Assembly (NCBI GenBank): GCA_028716565.1
Contig: JAQUPL010000007.1
Location: forward strand, 10,819-74,818
Source of the DNA: Candidatus Omnitrophota bacterium
GTDB lineage: Bacteria; Omnitrophota; Gorgyraeia; Pluralincolimonadales; Pluralincolimonadaceae
Direction of reading: 5' to 3'
DNA: 64,000 nucleotides
Part shown: one piece after another, positions 1-8,590 of the stretch
Numbering within the stretch: position 1 is the stretch's first letter
Layout: the number at the start of each line of letters is the position of its first letter
The notes under the pieces: generated by a model
What the model was told of the DNA's origin: nothing
Databases searched by the model: none
Seen by the model: only the letters and a program-made list of their open reading frames with translations
Position numbers and translations under genes: made by a program

Positions 1-238
1 TACGCCGCCTCTTGGGGTCGGGCGCGAACCTGCCTGCCTGAGGATACGGCGAGATATGCATATTATAGAGAAAAAGCTCGTCATCGTCTATCCTGGCAAA
101 ACTGTCCTTCAGGTTTGCCTTCTTGTCCCTCAGGGACTTCACCTCCGCGCCCTGAAGGGCTATACCCGCCTCGAAGGTCTCGAGGATGTGGTAATTATGA
201 CGGGCTTCCCTATTTGTGGCAACTGTCTCGTCTGCCAT
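1..238 (-). CDS. smpB: SsrA-binding protein SmpB (N-terminal part; gene runs off window start)
   Basis: Minus-strand translation from ATG at 238..236 gives [50 protein letters not shown]..., the canonical SmpB N-terminus. No stop before position 1. Confidence 0.8.
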   Translation of the reverse strand, partial: MADETVATNREARHNYHILETFEAGIALQGAEVKSLRDKKANLKDSFARIDDDELFLYNMHISPYPQAGRFAPDPKRRR

Positions 239-323
239 TTTGTTTTTATAATATATCACATCAAGGCGGATAAATCAATCCCGTCTCCCGCCGCCAGTGC
301 GGCGGGACCTTCGACTTTTTAGG

Positions 324-352
324 TTGAAAAAGGCACCGATAATCGGTATAAT
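324..352 (+). promoter_or_regulatory. sigma70-like promoter for the phosphorylase gene (TTGAAA, 17 nt spacer, TATAAT)
   Basis: TTGAAA at 324..329 and TATAAT at 347..352, about 25 nt upstream of the start at 378. Confidence 0.45.
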
Positions 353-377
353 TTATTAAGTTTTTTAAAAAGGCCAT

Positions 378-2390
378 ATGGAAAACTACCTTAAACAATT
401 CTTAGATCTCGTCAAGGTCCACCGGTTCGAGGAGTTATATTCGAAAGATATAACCGCTGAAAACTACTTCGGCTTCCCCCTGCGGAGCATTGTCGAGGCG
501 GAGAAGAGGCTGCTCTCCGCGGAAGAACCGTCAGTGGCCTATTTCTCGATGGAATACGGCCTCGGGACCAGCATCTACAATACATTTATCCCGGCGAAAC
601 CTGTTTCAGAATCCAATATCCTCCCCAGACAGAACATATTTTCGAATATGAGGATACGGGATTATTACTTCAGTTTCAAGGTGGATCACAGGATAATGGA
701 CCTGCCTATCTACAGCGGCGGCCTCGGCGTCCTCGCCGGCGATACGCTCAAATCCTCGGCGGATTTAAACACATCCCTGTCGGCGATCGGGATACTATGG
801 CGCAAGGGCTATTTCAAGCAGAACTTCTGGTACAAGGACGGGCAGGTGCCGGAAGCGCTAAACTGGGACCCGTATTCGTACCCGGGCCTCATCCCCCTCG
901 ATACGGTCGTTAAGATACCGCTAAACGGCGGCGACCTGCTGCTCCGGCTCTGGAAATATTACGTATACAGTTTCGACAAGAATCACGTCATACCGCTTAC
1001 CCTCCTTGATTCCGACGTCGAGGGGAATAACCCGGAATTCAGGAGGCTCACCGACCAGCTCTACAGGAGCGATAATTCCTATATAAAGATCGTTCAGCGG
1101 GTGATACTCGGTATAGGCGGGATAAAAGCGCTCGAGGCTCTCGGCTACTCGATAAAGAAATACCACCTAAATGAGGGGCACGCGGCTCTCGCGCTCGTCC
1201 AGAAGGCGGACGCGTTGCAAAAAGACGGCCTGGCCTCGCTCGAAAAAGATTTTATTTACACATGCCATACGCCGGTCGCGGCCGGCCATGACCGTTTCCC
1301 GATAAAAGAACTTGAGAAGATCCTTCCCCGGGAGAATATCGATTTCATAAGAAATAACGGCCTCGAGGGAGACGACACCGCGAATTTCACGCAGCTCCTC
1401 CTTAATTGCTGCGACCATGTGAATGCGGTCGCGAAAAAACACGGCGAGGTAACCCGGCTGCAATTCCCGCAGCACGCGGATAAGATACAAACGATAACCA
1501 ACGGCATCCACATCCCGACATGGATATCCGGCAGTTTCTCCGATCTGTTGAAAAAATACGGGAACGATATCGGCCAATGCGCCTCCGGGCACGCGGAACC
1601 TGCCGACCTCGAGAAACTCAGGAACAATAGCGAGTTCAGGCTTGATCTCTGGAAAGCTCACCAGGAGAACAAGCGCAACCTGCAGTCGATATTCGAGAGC
1701 TGGGACATCAGGGAGAACGTCTTTACGGTATGCTGGGCGCGAAGGATAGCCGCTTACAAGAGGCCGAGCCTGATATTCCAGGATCCCCGGCGCCTGGTCG
1801 ATATAGCGAACAGGGTCGGCCCGGTCCAGGTGATCATCGCCGGGAAGGCGCATCCCAACGACAACCTCGTCGGGACATTCATAAATAACATAATGAACAC
1901 AATAGACGCGCTGGGGACACAGGGCTCGTCCATCAGGATAATAATGCTCGAGAATTACGACATATTTTTCGGGAAGATCCTCAGCAACTCGGTCGATGTC
2001 TGGCTTAATAATCCCCTCCCCCCGTTCGAGGCCTCCGGCACGAGCGGTATGAAGGCTATACTAAACGGCGTCGTCCAGCTCTCCACGCTCGACGGGTGGG
2101 TCGTGGAAGCCGCGGACGCGGGTATGGGCGAGATATTCGGGTACCGGCACAAGACAGGCGAGCCGATAGGCAATGAACTTGACCTTCGCCTTGACGCCGA
2201 TTCCGGCGAACTCTATAACGCGTTGGAGAAGCTGGTAAAACTCTATTACGAGACAAACCGGAACGGCAACGCCAATGCGGGTTCCAAATGGATCGATATT
2301 ATGATAAACTGTATGATACAAAGCCATTACTTCAACACCTGCAGGATGGTCAAGGAATACCGCGACAGGATGTGGTTCGATAAGAATTAG
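378..2390 (+). CDS. glgP: alpha-glucan (glycogen/maltodextrin) phosphorylase family protein
   Basis: 670 aa; FSMEYGLG and GGLGVLAGD motifs typical of the alpha-glucan phosphorylase (GT35-related) family. Confidence 0.8.
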   Translation: MENYLKQFLDLVKVHRFEELYSKDITAENYFGFPLRSIVEAEKRLLSAEEPSVAYFSMEYGLGTSIYNTFIPAKPVSESNILPRQNIFSNMRIRDYYFSFKVDHRIMDLPIYSGGLGVLAGDTLKSSADLNTSLSAIGILWRKGYFKQNFWYKDGQVPEALNWDPYSYPGLIPLDTVVKIPLNGGDLLLRLWKYYVYSFDKNHVIPLTLLDSDVEGNNPEFRRLTDQLYRSDNSYIKIVQRVILGIGGIKALEALGYSIKKYHLNEGHAALALVQKADALQKDGLASLEKDFIYTCHTPVAAGHDRFPIKELEKILPRENIDFIRNNGLEGDDTANFTQLLLNCCDHVNAVAKKHGEVTRLQFPQHADKIQTITNGIHIPTWISGSFSDLLKKYGNDIGQCASGHAEPADLEKLRNNSEFRLDLWKAHQENKRNLQSIFESWDIRENVFTVCWARRIAAYKRPSLIFQDPRRLVDIANRVGPVQVIIAGKAHPNDNLVGTFINNIMNTIDALGTQGSSIRIIMLENYDIFFGKILSNSVDVWLNNPLPPFEASGTSGMKAILNGVVQLSTLDGWVVEAADAGMGEIFGYRHKTGEPIGNELDLRLDADSGELYNALEKLVKLYYETNRNGNANAGSKWIDIMINCMIQSHYFNTCRMVKEYRDRMWFDKN

Positions 2391-2394
2391 ACGG

Positions 2395-2481
2395 GCCGAA
2401 GTGGCGGAACTGGCATACGCGCTGCGTTCAGGGCGCAGTGACCGTAAGGTCTTGAGAGTTCAAATCTCTCCTTCGGCACCA
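2395..2481 (+). tRNA. tRNA-Leu (anticodon CAG), 87 nt including CCA
   Basis: 7-bp acceptor stem GCCGAAG/CTTCGGC; anticodon stem CTGCG/CGCAG with loop TTCAGGG (anticodon CAG); long variable arm; T-loop GTTCAAATC; 3' ACCA. Confidence 0.85.
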
Positions 2482-2496
2482 TTTGATCTAACCTGA

Positions 2497-2985
2497 ATGA
2501 AAGGAGGCATGGAGATGGCGATAGCGGCGAAGTTAAAGAAATACCTGGACTCGAACAAGGTCAAATACAAGGCGCTAAAGCACAAACTCGCCTACACCGC
2601 CCAGGAGATAGCGGCCGCGCAGGAAGTGCCGGGCAAACAGGTCGTAAAATCGGTTCTGGTAAAAGCCGGCGACAGGTTCGTCCTCGCTGTCCTGCCCGCG
2701 ATACACCTCATCGACGCGAAGAAGCTCAAGGCCGTCCTGAAGTGCAAGTCCATAAAGATCGCCACTGAAAAGGATATCAAGAAGGTCATCCCGGATTACA
2801 AGCCCGGCGCGATGCCGCCGTTCGGGAACCTCTTCGGCCTCGAGACCTGCGCAGACAAGATGCTTAAGGAAGATGTAGAGATCGTATTTAACGGCGGGAC
2901 TCACACCGATACGGTGAAGATGAAATACGCGGATTTTGAAAAACTGGCGAAACCGAAGATCTCGGATTTCGGCAAACACGTCTAG
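2497..2985 (+). CDS. YbaK/ProX-like aminoacyl-tRNA deacylase domain protein
   Basis: 162 aa; size and sequence pattern resemble YbaK/EbsC trans-editing domain proteins. Start may be an internal Met. Confidence 0.55.
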   Translation: MKGGMEMAIAAKLKKYLDSNKVKYKALKHKLAYTAQEIAAAQEVPGKQVVKSVLVKAGDRFVLAVLPAIHLIDAKKLKAVLKCKSIKIATEKDIKKVIPDYKPGAMPPFGNLFGLETCADKMLKEDVEIVFNGGTHTDTVKMKYADFEKLAKPKISDFGKHV

Positions 2986-2993
2986 ATAATCTC

Positions 2994-3041
2994 GGTGACA
3001 GTATACTTATTTCCCGGACAATAATTAAGTATACTGTCACC
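2994..3041. repeat. REP/MITE-like palindromic element copy 1 (GGTGACAGTATACTTA ... TAAGTATACTGTCACC)
   Basis: Perfect 16-bp inverted repeat with a 16-nt loop containing TTCCCGG, between convergent genes. A near-identical copy lies at 44886..44935. Confidence 0.8.
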
Positions 3042-3050
3042 ATAATTATT

Positions 3051-3530
3051 TCAGAAACCCAGATTCCTGTCCAAGCTCCTGTAATTTATCGCCTCGGAGA
3101 TGTGTTCTGCAGATATTGTCTCTGCTCCCGCGAGGTCGGCTACCGTCCTCGCAATCTTGAGCACCTTATCATAGCCCCTCGCGCTCAGGCCTAGCTCCAG
3201 GATCGCCAGTTTCAAAAGTTCGGCCGCTTCTTTATCTATGCGGCAGAATTGCTCGAGGTATTTCGGGGAGAGATGGGCATTACAGAATATACTCAGCCCT
3301 TTGTACCTTTCCCCCTGCATCTTCCTCGCCTTATCCACCCTTTCTTTTATATCCGCCGAACTTTCTCCCCTGCTCTTGTTGGAGAGCTCCTTATACCTCA
3401 ATGACGGGACTTCGAGATGTATATCTATCCTGTCCAATAGCGGGCCCGAGACTTTAGAAAGGTAACGTTGGATCGCCGGCGGCGCGCAGTGGCATTCCTT
3501 CTTCGGGTCGGTAAAATATCCGCACGGGCA
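3051..3530 (-). pseudogene. comM: comM (YifB/Mg-chelatase-like ATPase) C-terminal fragment, separated from its N-terminal part by the island
   Basis: CPCGYFTDPKKECHC ... LSARGYDKVLKIARTVADLAG ... ISAEHISEAINYRSL matches the ComM/YifB C-terminus and resumes exactly after the NPCP that ends the fragment at 18092..19156. Confidence 0.85.
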
Positions 3531-5074
3531 CCCGTGTCGCTTGAATCCACACACAAGCCTGAATCTTGAGCACGGCTGATGATTTTAGGCGGAATTTGAA
3601 TAGAATAATCGACGAAATGCTTATCAATTTTGATTTCAGAGAGCAGATTGCGAAGCAATTCCTTCCTGTCTGGCATATCTAGCTCATCAAACACCTCTTT
3701 CATATCCTGACAAAGCCCAATGGTCGAATCTATATCATAATAATCAATATCGAGACTAGTAGGCTTGTCCCTCAATACTCCCAGCCTTTTGGCTATACCC
3801 GCTTCTTCAACGTCAACTAATTGCTTCCTCTCAAGGAACTCTGACTTGGTTATATTGCCACTTTCATAAAGCTCAAAAATCCTTTGCCTTTTTGCCATAG
3901 CTTTGTCCAACTGCGCCTGTAAGACTCTTACTTGCTCCCTTGTAGCTTCCGCTCCTTTATCATTCGAGATTACTGTCTCTTCCAAGGATTTCTTCACACG
4001 GTTAGAATCAATCGAGAGATTCTTAAGATTTCCGGTTATCAAGCTCTCAAGGCTATCTGCCCTTATGGAGCTTCCGCTGCATTGGGCATTGCCTTTCTGT
4101 GTGTGACCTGAGCATTTATAATAAGCGTATTTTGCCCCGTTAGGTTTGGTATACAGCATTCCGTGCATCCGGACTCCGCACCTGCTGCAGTAAACTAATC
4201 CAGTCAAGAGGTACTTTGCATTCGCCTTGGGCGCTATCTTAGACTGCTGCCTAACGATATCTCGTACCTTGTCAAATAGTTCCCGTGTTATCAAAGGCTG
4301 GTGTGCTCCCGCCCCCCTTATGTATCTTTCCACAGGGTTGTGTCTCAATTCGCCCCTGTAAGTGTGGCTCCTCTTGTTATAAACCACTTCGCCGTAGTAA
4401 CAGGGATTCGTCAAAATCCTCCTGACGGAAGTCGGGGCCCACATTCCGCCTTTCCTTGTCTTAATCCCATCTTCGTTTAGCTTATGCGTGACATACAGGA
4501 TTGACCTGTGCTCAAGATAAAAACTGAAAATTTCCCTAACTATGTCGGCCTCCAAAGAATTCACCCTAAGAGACTTGTTCTCGGACAAAAAACCGTATGG
4601 GGCAATGCCGCCGTTATACTTTCCCTGCTCTGCCCTTGAACACATCACATCCTTGACTCGTTCTGCCGTGGTTTCCCTCTCGAACTGGGAAAAAGCGGCC
4701 CTCATTGTGGAAAACACCCTCCCTGCTGGGGTGGAAGTGTCTATGTTGCCTTCCAAGCAGACGAACATTACGTTCTTTCTTTCAAAATTCTCAGTTGTAT
4801 CCAGAAAGTCTTTCGTGTTCCTAAAGAGACGGTCTAACTTGGTACAAAGGATTACGTCAAGCCTACCTGCTTCGATATCATCCATCATCCTGATGAACTC
4901 TGGCCTATTGGTGTTCTTTGCGGAGATTCCAGCATCCTTATACATAGCCACAACAGACCAGTCTTCTTTCGAGGTGACATAGGCTTCCAAACGCTTAAGT
5001 TGCACATCTAGCGACTCGCCCCGCTCCCTCTGCATATCAGTCGAAACCCTGATATATAAGCCACATCTCATCAT
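3425..5074 (-). CDS. large serine recombinase (integrase)
   Basis: N-terminal resolvase domain with GLYIRVSTDMQ (Ser nucleophile), a recombinase domain and a zinc ribbon (CSRCGVRMHG ... YYKC). The C-terminal Arg-rich tail (about 35 aa) is encoded across the island/comM junction. Confidence 0.9.
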   Translation of the reverse strand: MMRCGLYIRVSTDMQRERGESLDVQLKRLEAYVTSKEDWSVVAMYKDAGISAKNTNRPEFIRMMDDIEAGRLDVILCTKLDRLFRNTKDFLDTTENFERKNVMFVCLEGNIDTSTPAGRVFSTMRAAFSQFERETTAERVKDVMCSRAEQGKYNGGIAPYGFLSENKSLRVNSLEADIVREIFSFYLEHRSILYVTHKLNEDGIKTRKGGMWAPTSVRRILTNPCYYGEVVYNKRSHTYRGELRHNPVERYIRGAGAHQPLITRELFDKVRDIVRQQSKIAPKANAKYLLTGLVYCSRCGVRMHGMLYTKPNGAKYAYYKCSGHTQKGNAQCSGSSIRADSLESLITGNLKNLSIDSNRVKKSLEETVISNDKGAEATREQVRVLQAQLDKAMAKRQRIFELYESGNITKSEFLERKQLVDVEEAGIAKRLGVLRDKPTSLDIDYYDIDSTIGLCQDMKEVFDELDMPDRKELLRNLLSEIKIDKHFVDYSIQIPPKIISRAQDSGLCVDSSDTGARADILPTRRRNATARRRRSNVTFLKSRARYWTG

Positions 5075-5088
5075 TTTCTCTTTATCCC

Positions 5089-5250
5089 TATCAGTTTCTT
5101 AATGTGGTAAGCCTGAATTTTGTTTGGCTTTTGATGCCCATTAAACCATCGGTTAACCGTGACGAAACCGACACCCAATATTTCCGCCAGTTTTTCTTGG
5201 GTTATTCTCCGCTCCAACCTATATTCTTCCAGCTTTTTTATTAAGTCCAT
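5089..5250 (-). CDS. small XRE/Xis-like HTH protein (53 aa), translationally coupled to the recombinase
   Basis: Manual translation: MDLIKKLEEYRLERRITQEKLAEILGVGFVTVNRWFNGHQKPNKIQAYHIKKLIGIKRK. Its stop TGA overlaps the recombinase ATGATG. Below the ORF-track size cutoff. Confidence 0.55.
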
Positions 5251-5402
5251 ATATACTATTATATCGTTTTATATCTACTTGTCAAGTCATTTTAAACAGG
5301 CCCAGGATTTCGCCTATTATGCTATACAAGAGCCTCTGCTTCTTCTTTTGGTTTGCCTTAAGAATAAACCGAATCAATGCTTTTTCTTGGAATTCGGGTT
5401 CA

Positions 5403-6101
5403 TTATGGTCTTTTATCGGAGCTTCCATCTTGGGCCCTTAATGACCTTGTCTTAATCTCATTTGCTAATCTTCCGAAAATATTCTTGCGAATTTGCGCAT
5501 CTTTAACCTCGAATTTTATTATCTCGATGAGATTAATTATATTCTGTCTCATATCCTTGGCTTTGGCTTCAATATCCACCCCTCCCGAAAACACTAATTT
5601 AAGCGCATCTTCTCCGGCAAGTCCAAACCTATCCCAAATCTCAAGCATCGTAAGGAGCTGCTGCTTAAAAATAACGAGGTACCGCTGCTGTGTGCCGTGA
5701 ATTGCTAGAAGATTCCTTGACAATCCGGTTACCTCTGAAATACTGGCCGGCTTTGTATCTGAACCTGCCCTATTCGACTCTTGCACTTGCCTTAATATGG
5801 CTATTGATGTGGCCGAGAGTTTTTCAAGCTCATTGTATTTTCTCCAGGCTTCCTCTATTTGTAAATCCAGCTGCATAGTCAGCATTATCATATGGTTAAT
5901 AATTTTATTATTGATTCTGAGGTCTTTTTTGATTTCATTTAAGACATCTTCTTTGGCCGCATTAACATAATTATAGACCTGGCTTTTATGGCAGCCTAAA
6001 GACCGAGCTATTTCCTCCACGCCCCTGCGTAGGATACAATACTGCCTGACTGCCTCTTTCTTTCGTTCCTGCCTAGTCAATTTATTTCCAATGTTTTCCA
6101 T
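5403..6101 (-). CDS. HTH-domain protein (sigma-70 region 4 / terminase-small-subunit-like N-terminus), function unknown
   Basis: 232 aa; N-terminal RQYCILRRGVEEIARSLGCHKSQVYNYV resembles an HTH, with a coiled-coil rest. No confident family. Confidence 0.4.
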   Translation of the reverse strand: MENIGNKLTRQERKKEAVRQYCILRRGVEEIARSLGCHKSQVYNYVNAAKEDVLNEIKKDLRINNKIINHMIMLTMQLDLQIEEAWRKYNELEKLSATSIAILRQVQESNRAGSDTKPASISEVTGLSRNLLAIHGTQQRYLVIFKQQLLTMLEIWDRFGLAGEDALKLVFSGGVDIEAKAKDMRQNIINLIEIIKFEVKDAQIRKNIFGRLANEIKTRSLRAQDGSSDKRP

Positions 6102-6176
6102 TTTTCATCTCCGCTTTAATATTGACCGCCGATATCGCCTTCTTGACACCCCTTTTTCCGCCGGAGTCCCAAGATA

Positions 6177-6212
6177 CTATCTATATATAATTAGATATAT
6201 AGTTATATATCT
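6177..6212. promoter_or_regulatory. AT-rich overlapping palindromes (AGATATATAG|TTATATATCT) upstream of the 5403..6101 gene; candidate operator
   Basis: Near-perfect 20-bp palindrome at 6193..6212, overlapped by CTATATATAATTAGATATATAG, lying in the 5' region of the minus-strand HTH gene. Confidence 0.35.
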
Positions 6213-6342
6213 CAGTCTCTAGCCTTACTCTTTATTCCTACCAGCATATCTCTATTAATAAAGCTAAGCTCCTGTATGCTGTATAGGCCATCGTTGAGAG
6301 AGTAAGAGCTCAGAGCGATAGAAATAAACAGGAGCTCAGCCA

Positions 6343-6648
6343 TTATTCGGCCTTCCTAACGAAATATTCGGTCTTACTCTTTTCACCCGTCCTTTTTATG
6401 CAAATGAATTCCCCGTCTGATATCTTGGCCATCTGTTTTGCTAAGGACCTTGAGCTTCTATCCCAGTATTGCTCAACGCCGTTTACTTCCAAATGATATC
6501 TGATAAGAATTGTCTTTCCGCCGTCAAAGTTATTAGGCACTTCTTCGGCATAAAGATACTTCACTTTCATTTCTTCCCCATCCGGCAAATCAAAATATTT
6601 TGACTTCGATGAGGCAAATCTTTTAAGTACTTCACTGCTGTTACCCAT
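6343..6648 (-). CDS. hypothetical protein (island cargo)
   Basis: 101-aa ORF in an AT-rich region, no recognisable motif. Confidence 0.35.
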   Translation of the reverse strand: MGNSSEVLKRFASSKSKYFDLPDGEEMKVKYLYAEEVPNNFDGGKTILIRYHLEVNGVEQYWDRSSRSLAKQMAKISDGEFICIKRTGEKSKTEYFVRKAE

Positions 6649-6997
6649 CTGTCACCTCTTCTTTCTTTTTCTTTACTTTTTCAATTAATTTTAAATAGGT
6701 TGCTGTAACCTGTTTTTCAATATCCTCCGCCACTTGGGAATTTATGGGATGGAAACAGTTTACTCTAAGACCGTTCTTCAAAATCTTGATTGGATAAGAA
6801 AGCCTGAAGCCTTTCCCGCTTAGGAGAGAATACAGCGCAATATCGCCGACATAGAAAGATTTATTTATGACGAAACTGACGAAGGCGAGTAAACCATTTC
6901 GGGGTTTAATTGGGATGATTTCTATTTCAGAGAGAATAATTTCCATTTTCTTGATTGACTCTTTCATTATCTTCAAATTAATAGTTGTATAGAACAA
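6641..6997 (-). CDS. hypothetical protein (island cargo; start probably the internal Met MKESIKK)
   Basis: 118-aa ORF whose listed start is TTG; an ATG lies 10 codons downstream. Confidence 0.35.
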   Translation of the reverse strand: MFYTTINLKIMKESIKKMEIILSEIEIIPIKPRNGLLAFVSFVINKSFYVGDIALYSLLSGKGFRLSYPIKILKNGLRVNCFHPINSQVAEDIEKQVTATYLKLIEKVKKKKEEVTDG

Positions 6998-7037
6998 AAA
7001 ACGACATCCCGATAACCTTGTGGTTACCAGAATGTCG
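6996..7037 (-). terminator. Rho-independent terminator-like hairpin with U-run (minus strand)
   Basis: Minus strand has an imperfect 16-bp stem (CGACATTCTGGTAACC ... GGTTATCGGGATGTCG) followed by TTTTTTGTTCT. Confidence 0.4.
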
Positions 7038-7217
7038 CCAAATTTTCCCGTGTTTAGGCGGGTTTGTAATTACTGCTTTCGCAACGACGACTAATAAATT
7101 TTCAAAGACAGTTTTAGTTTATCACATTCTGATATTATGTCAAGTAGTATTTTCATAACCCTTTGTTGTGCCTAGTGTTATATATTATAATATATTATAT
7201 TAGGTTTGTTGATAACT

Positions 7218-8324
7218 TCAGAAGCCGGAAACACCCTTTAATTTTGCCCCTGTCACATCTGCTGTTCCTGACATAAGAGGCACGGCCTGAAACTTCCATA
7301 TGCTATTAGGTTCAAGATTATTTATACTATCTAATGCTGTGCCAACGTGGTTGCCGTCTTTATCATAAAGATTGAATTCTATTTGCACGTAAGAGTATCG
7401 CTTATTTGAATTATTTTTGACCTTGCCTGCTATGTTTTTATTTCCTACTGTGTAAGTCTTTCCACCGACACTTGCTTTATATGTAACCCAATCCCAATCC
7501 AGCACGGTAAAAGAATCGGTTTTGGGCATTGCTGGAACCACGCTTTGTTTAACGCTTGGGATAGGTTGATGTTCTATCCTGTAGTAACCTATAAGACACA
7601 TTATTACAAAAATCGCTATTGCTATGCCTACCCCTCCGGCAATCCTGAAAATGCTTTTCTTGTCGAAGCCGGATACCTTATCGAGTTCTTTACCGCTTCT
7701 CATTAAGTTCCCATATGATTTTAACCCAAAGGGCCCTTTTTGTTGCGATTGACCTGCCTGATGTTTCATACTGTTTTTCCGCCTTATATCCATAATAATG
7801 CCGATAATCATCCCGATTAAAGCAAATCCCCAGAAAGGCAGGCTAAATACTGACTGGAAAACAGATTCAGTTGGGAATAAAAAATTAAATAACAAGATGC
7901 CACCTATAAACCCTAATAGGCTATAAAAAGGAAAAAGCCCCCCTGTCTTGCCACAGTGAGGACAGGTAGTCGCATCTATACTCATCATTTTCTTACAGGA
8001 AAGGCACTGGATATATACCGCTCCCTTTTGGCCGTCATCAAATACCTCTCTGATTGTTTTTATCTGTATAGGATTTTTAGAAGCCAGTATTTCTGCCGCC
8101 TCTTCAACATTCTTGGCCTCTACGGTATCGGCGAAGCTTCCTTTCCAAGTCACCCATTCGCACTCATACTTCTTTGAGCCTGTTTTAGCCCCTTGTTTAT
8201 CAAGCATTTCTCCGCAATGCTTGCACTTAATAGCATCGTCTTGTATTTCTTCGGCACAGTAAGGACATTTTTTCATTTTAGCCCCCTTTTTCGTAAAATG
8301 AAGTATCTGTATAGATTGTATCAC
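7218..8324 (-). CDS. membrane protein with two N-terminal zinc ribbons (likely start MKKCPYC at 8276)
   Basis: [13 protein letters not shown] and CLSCKK..CPHCG ribbons, then hydrophobic helices and a C-terminal extracytoplasmic domain. No family assignment. Confidence 0.55.
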   Translation of the reverse strand: MIQSIQILHFTKKGAKMKKCPYCAEEIQDDAIKCKHCGEMLDKQGAKTGSKKYECEWVTWKGSFADTVEAKNVEEAAEILASKNPIQIKTIREVFDDGQKGAVYIQCLSCKKMMSIDATTCPHCGKTGGLFPFYSLLGFIGGILLFNFLFPTESVFQSVFSLPFWGFALIGMIIGIIMDIRRKNSMKHQAGQSQQKGPFGLKSYGNLMRSGKELDKVSGFDKKSIFRIAGGVGIAIAIFVIMCLIGYYRIEHQPIPSVKQSVVPAMPKTDSFTVLDWDWVTYKASVGGKTYTVGNKNIAGKVKNNSNKRYSYVQIEFNLYDKDGNHVGTALDSINNLEPNSIWKFQAVPLMSGTADVTGAKLKGVSGF

Positions 8325-8372
8325 CCACTATCGTGGGTGTCAAGGTAAGGATACTTATGGGAGAATTAAGGC

Positions 8373-8588
8373 GTGGAAAACATTAATATAAGATTCGGAA
8401 ATAGGCTGAGGCAACTACGGAAGAGGAAGAAACTGACTCAGGAAAAACTTGCCGGTGCGACTGGTCTAGAATACAAATACATCCAGAGACTGGAAGGCAA
8501 GAAACCGTCGTCTCCTACCTTAAATACGTTAGAAAAACTCGCCAAAGCCTTTAACATCAGCGTATCTAAACTATTAAACTTCAAATAA
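8373..8588 (+). CDS. XRE-family HTH transcriptional regulator
   Basis: 71 aa; LRKRKKLTQEKLAGATGLEYKYIQRLEGKKPSSPTLNTLEKLAKAFNISVSKL is a classic HTH_XRE. Divergent from the zinc-ribbon membrane protein gene. Confidence 0.75.
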   Translation: MENINIRFGNRLRQLRKRKKLTQEKLAGATGLEYKYIQRLEGKKPSSPTLNTLEKLAKAFNISVSKLLNFK

Positions 8589-8590
8589 GA

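Noticed and set aside
56-322. 88-aa plus-strand ORF at the window start
   Set aside because: The opposite strand encodes a clear SmpB N-terminus ([28 protein letters not shown]...). The plus-strand ORF is a shadow frame.
3523-3530. 8-bp CACGGGCA direct repeat as a transposase-generated target-site duplication
   Set aside because: The only recombinase in the island is a large serine recombinase, which recombines at a 2-bp crossover without duplication. The shared 8 bp more likely reflects attB/attP core similarity. This cannot be decided without an empty site.
5403-6101. Phage small terminase subunit (suggesting a prophage)
   Set aside because: Only an N-terminal HTH resemblance. No large terminase, portal, capsid or tail genes are present anywhere in the island.
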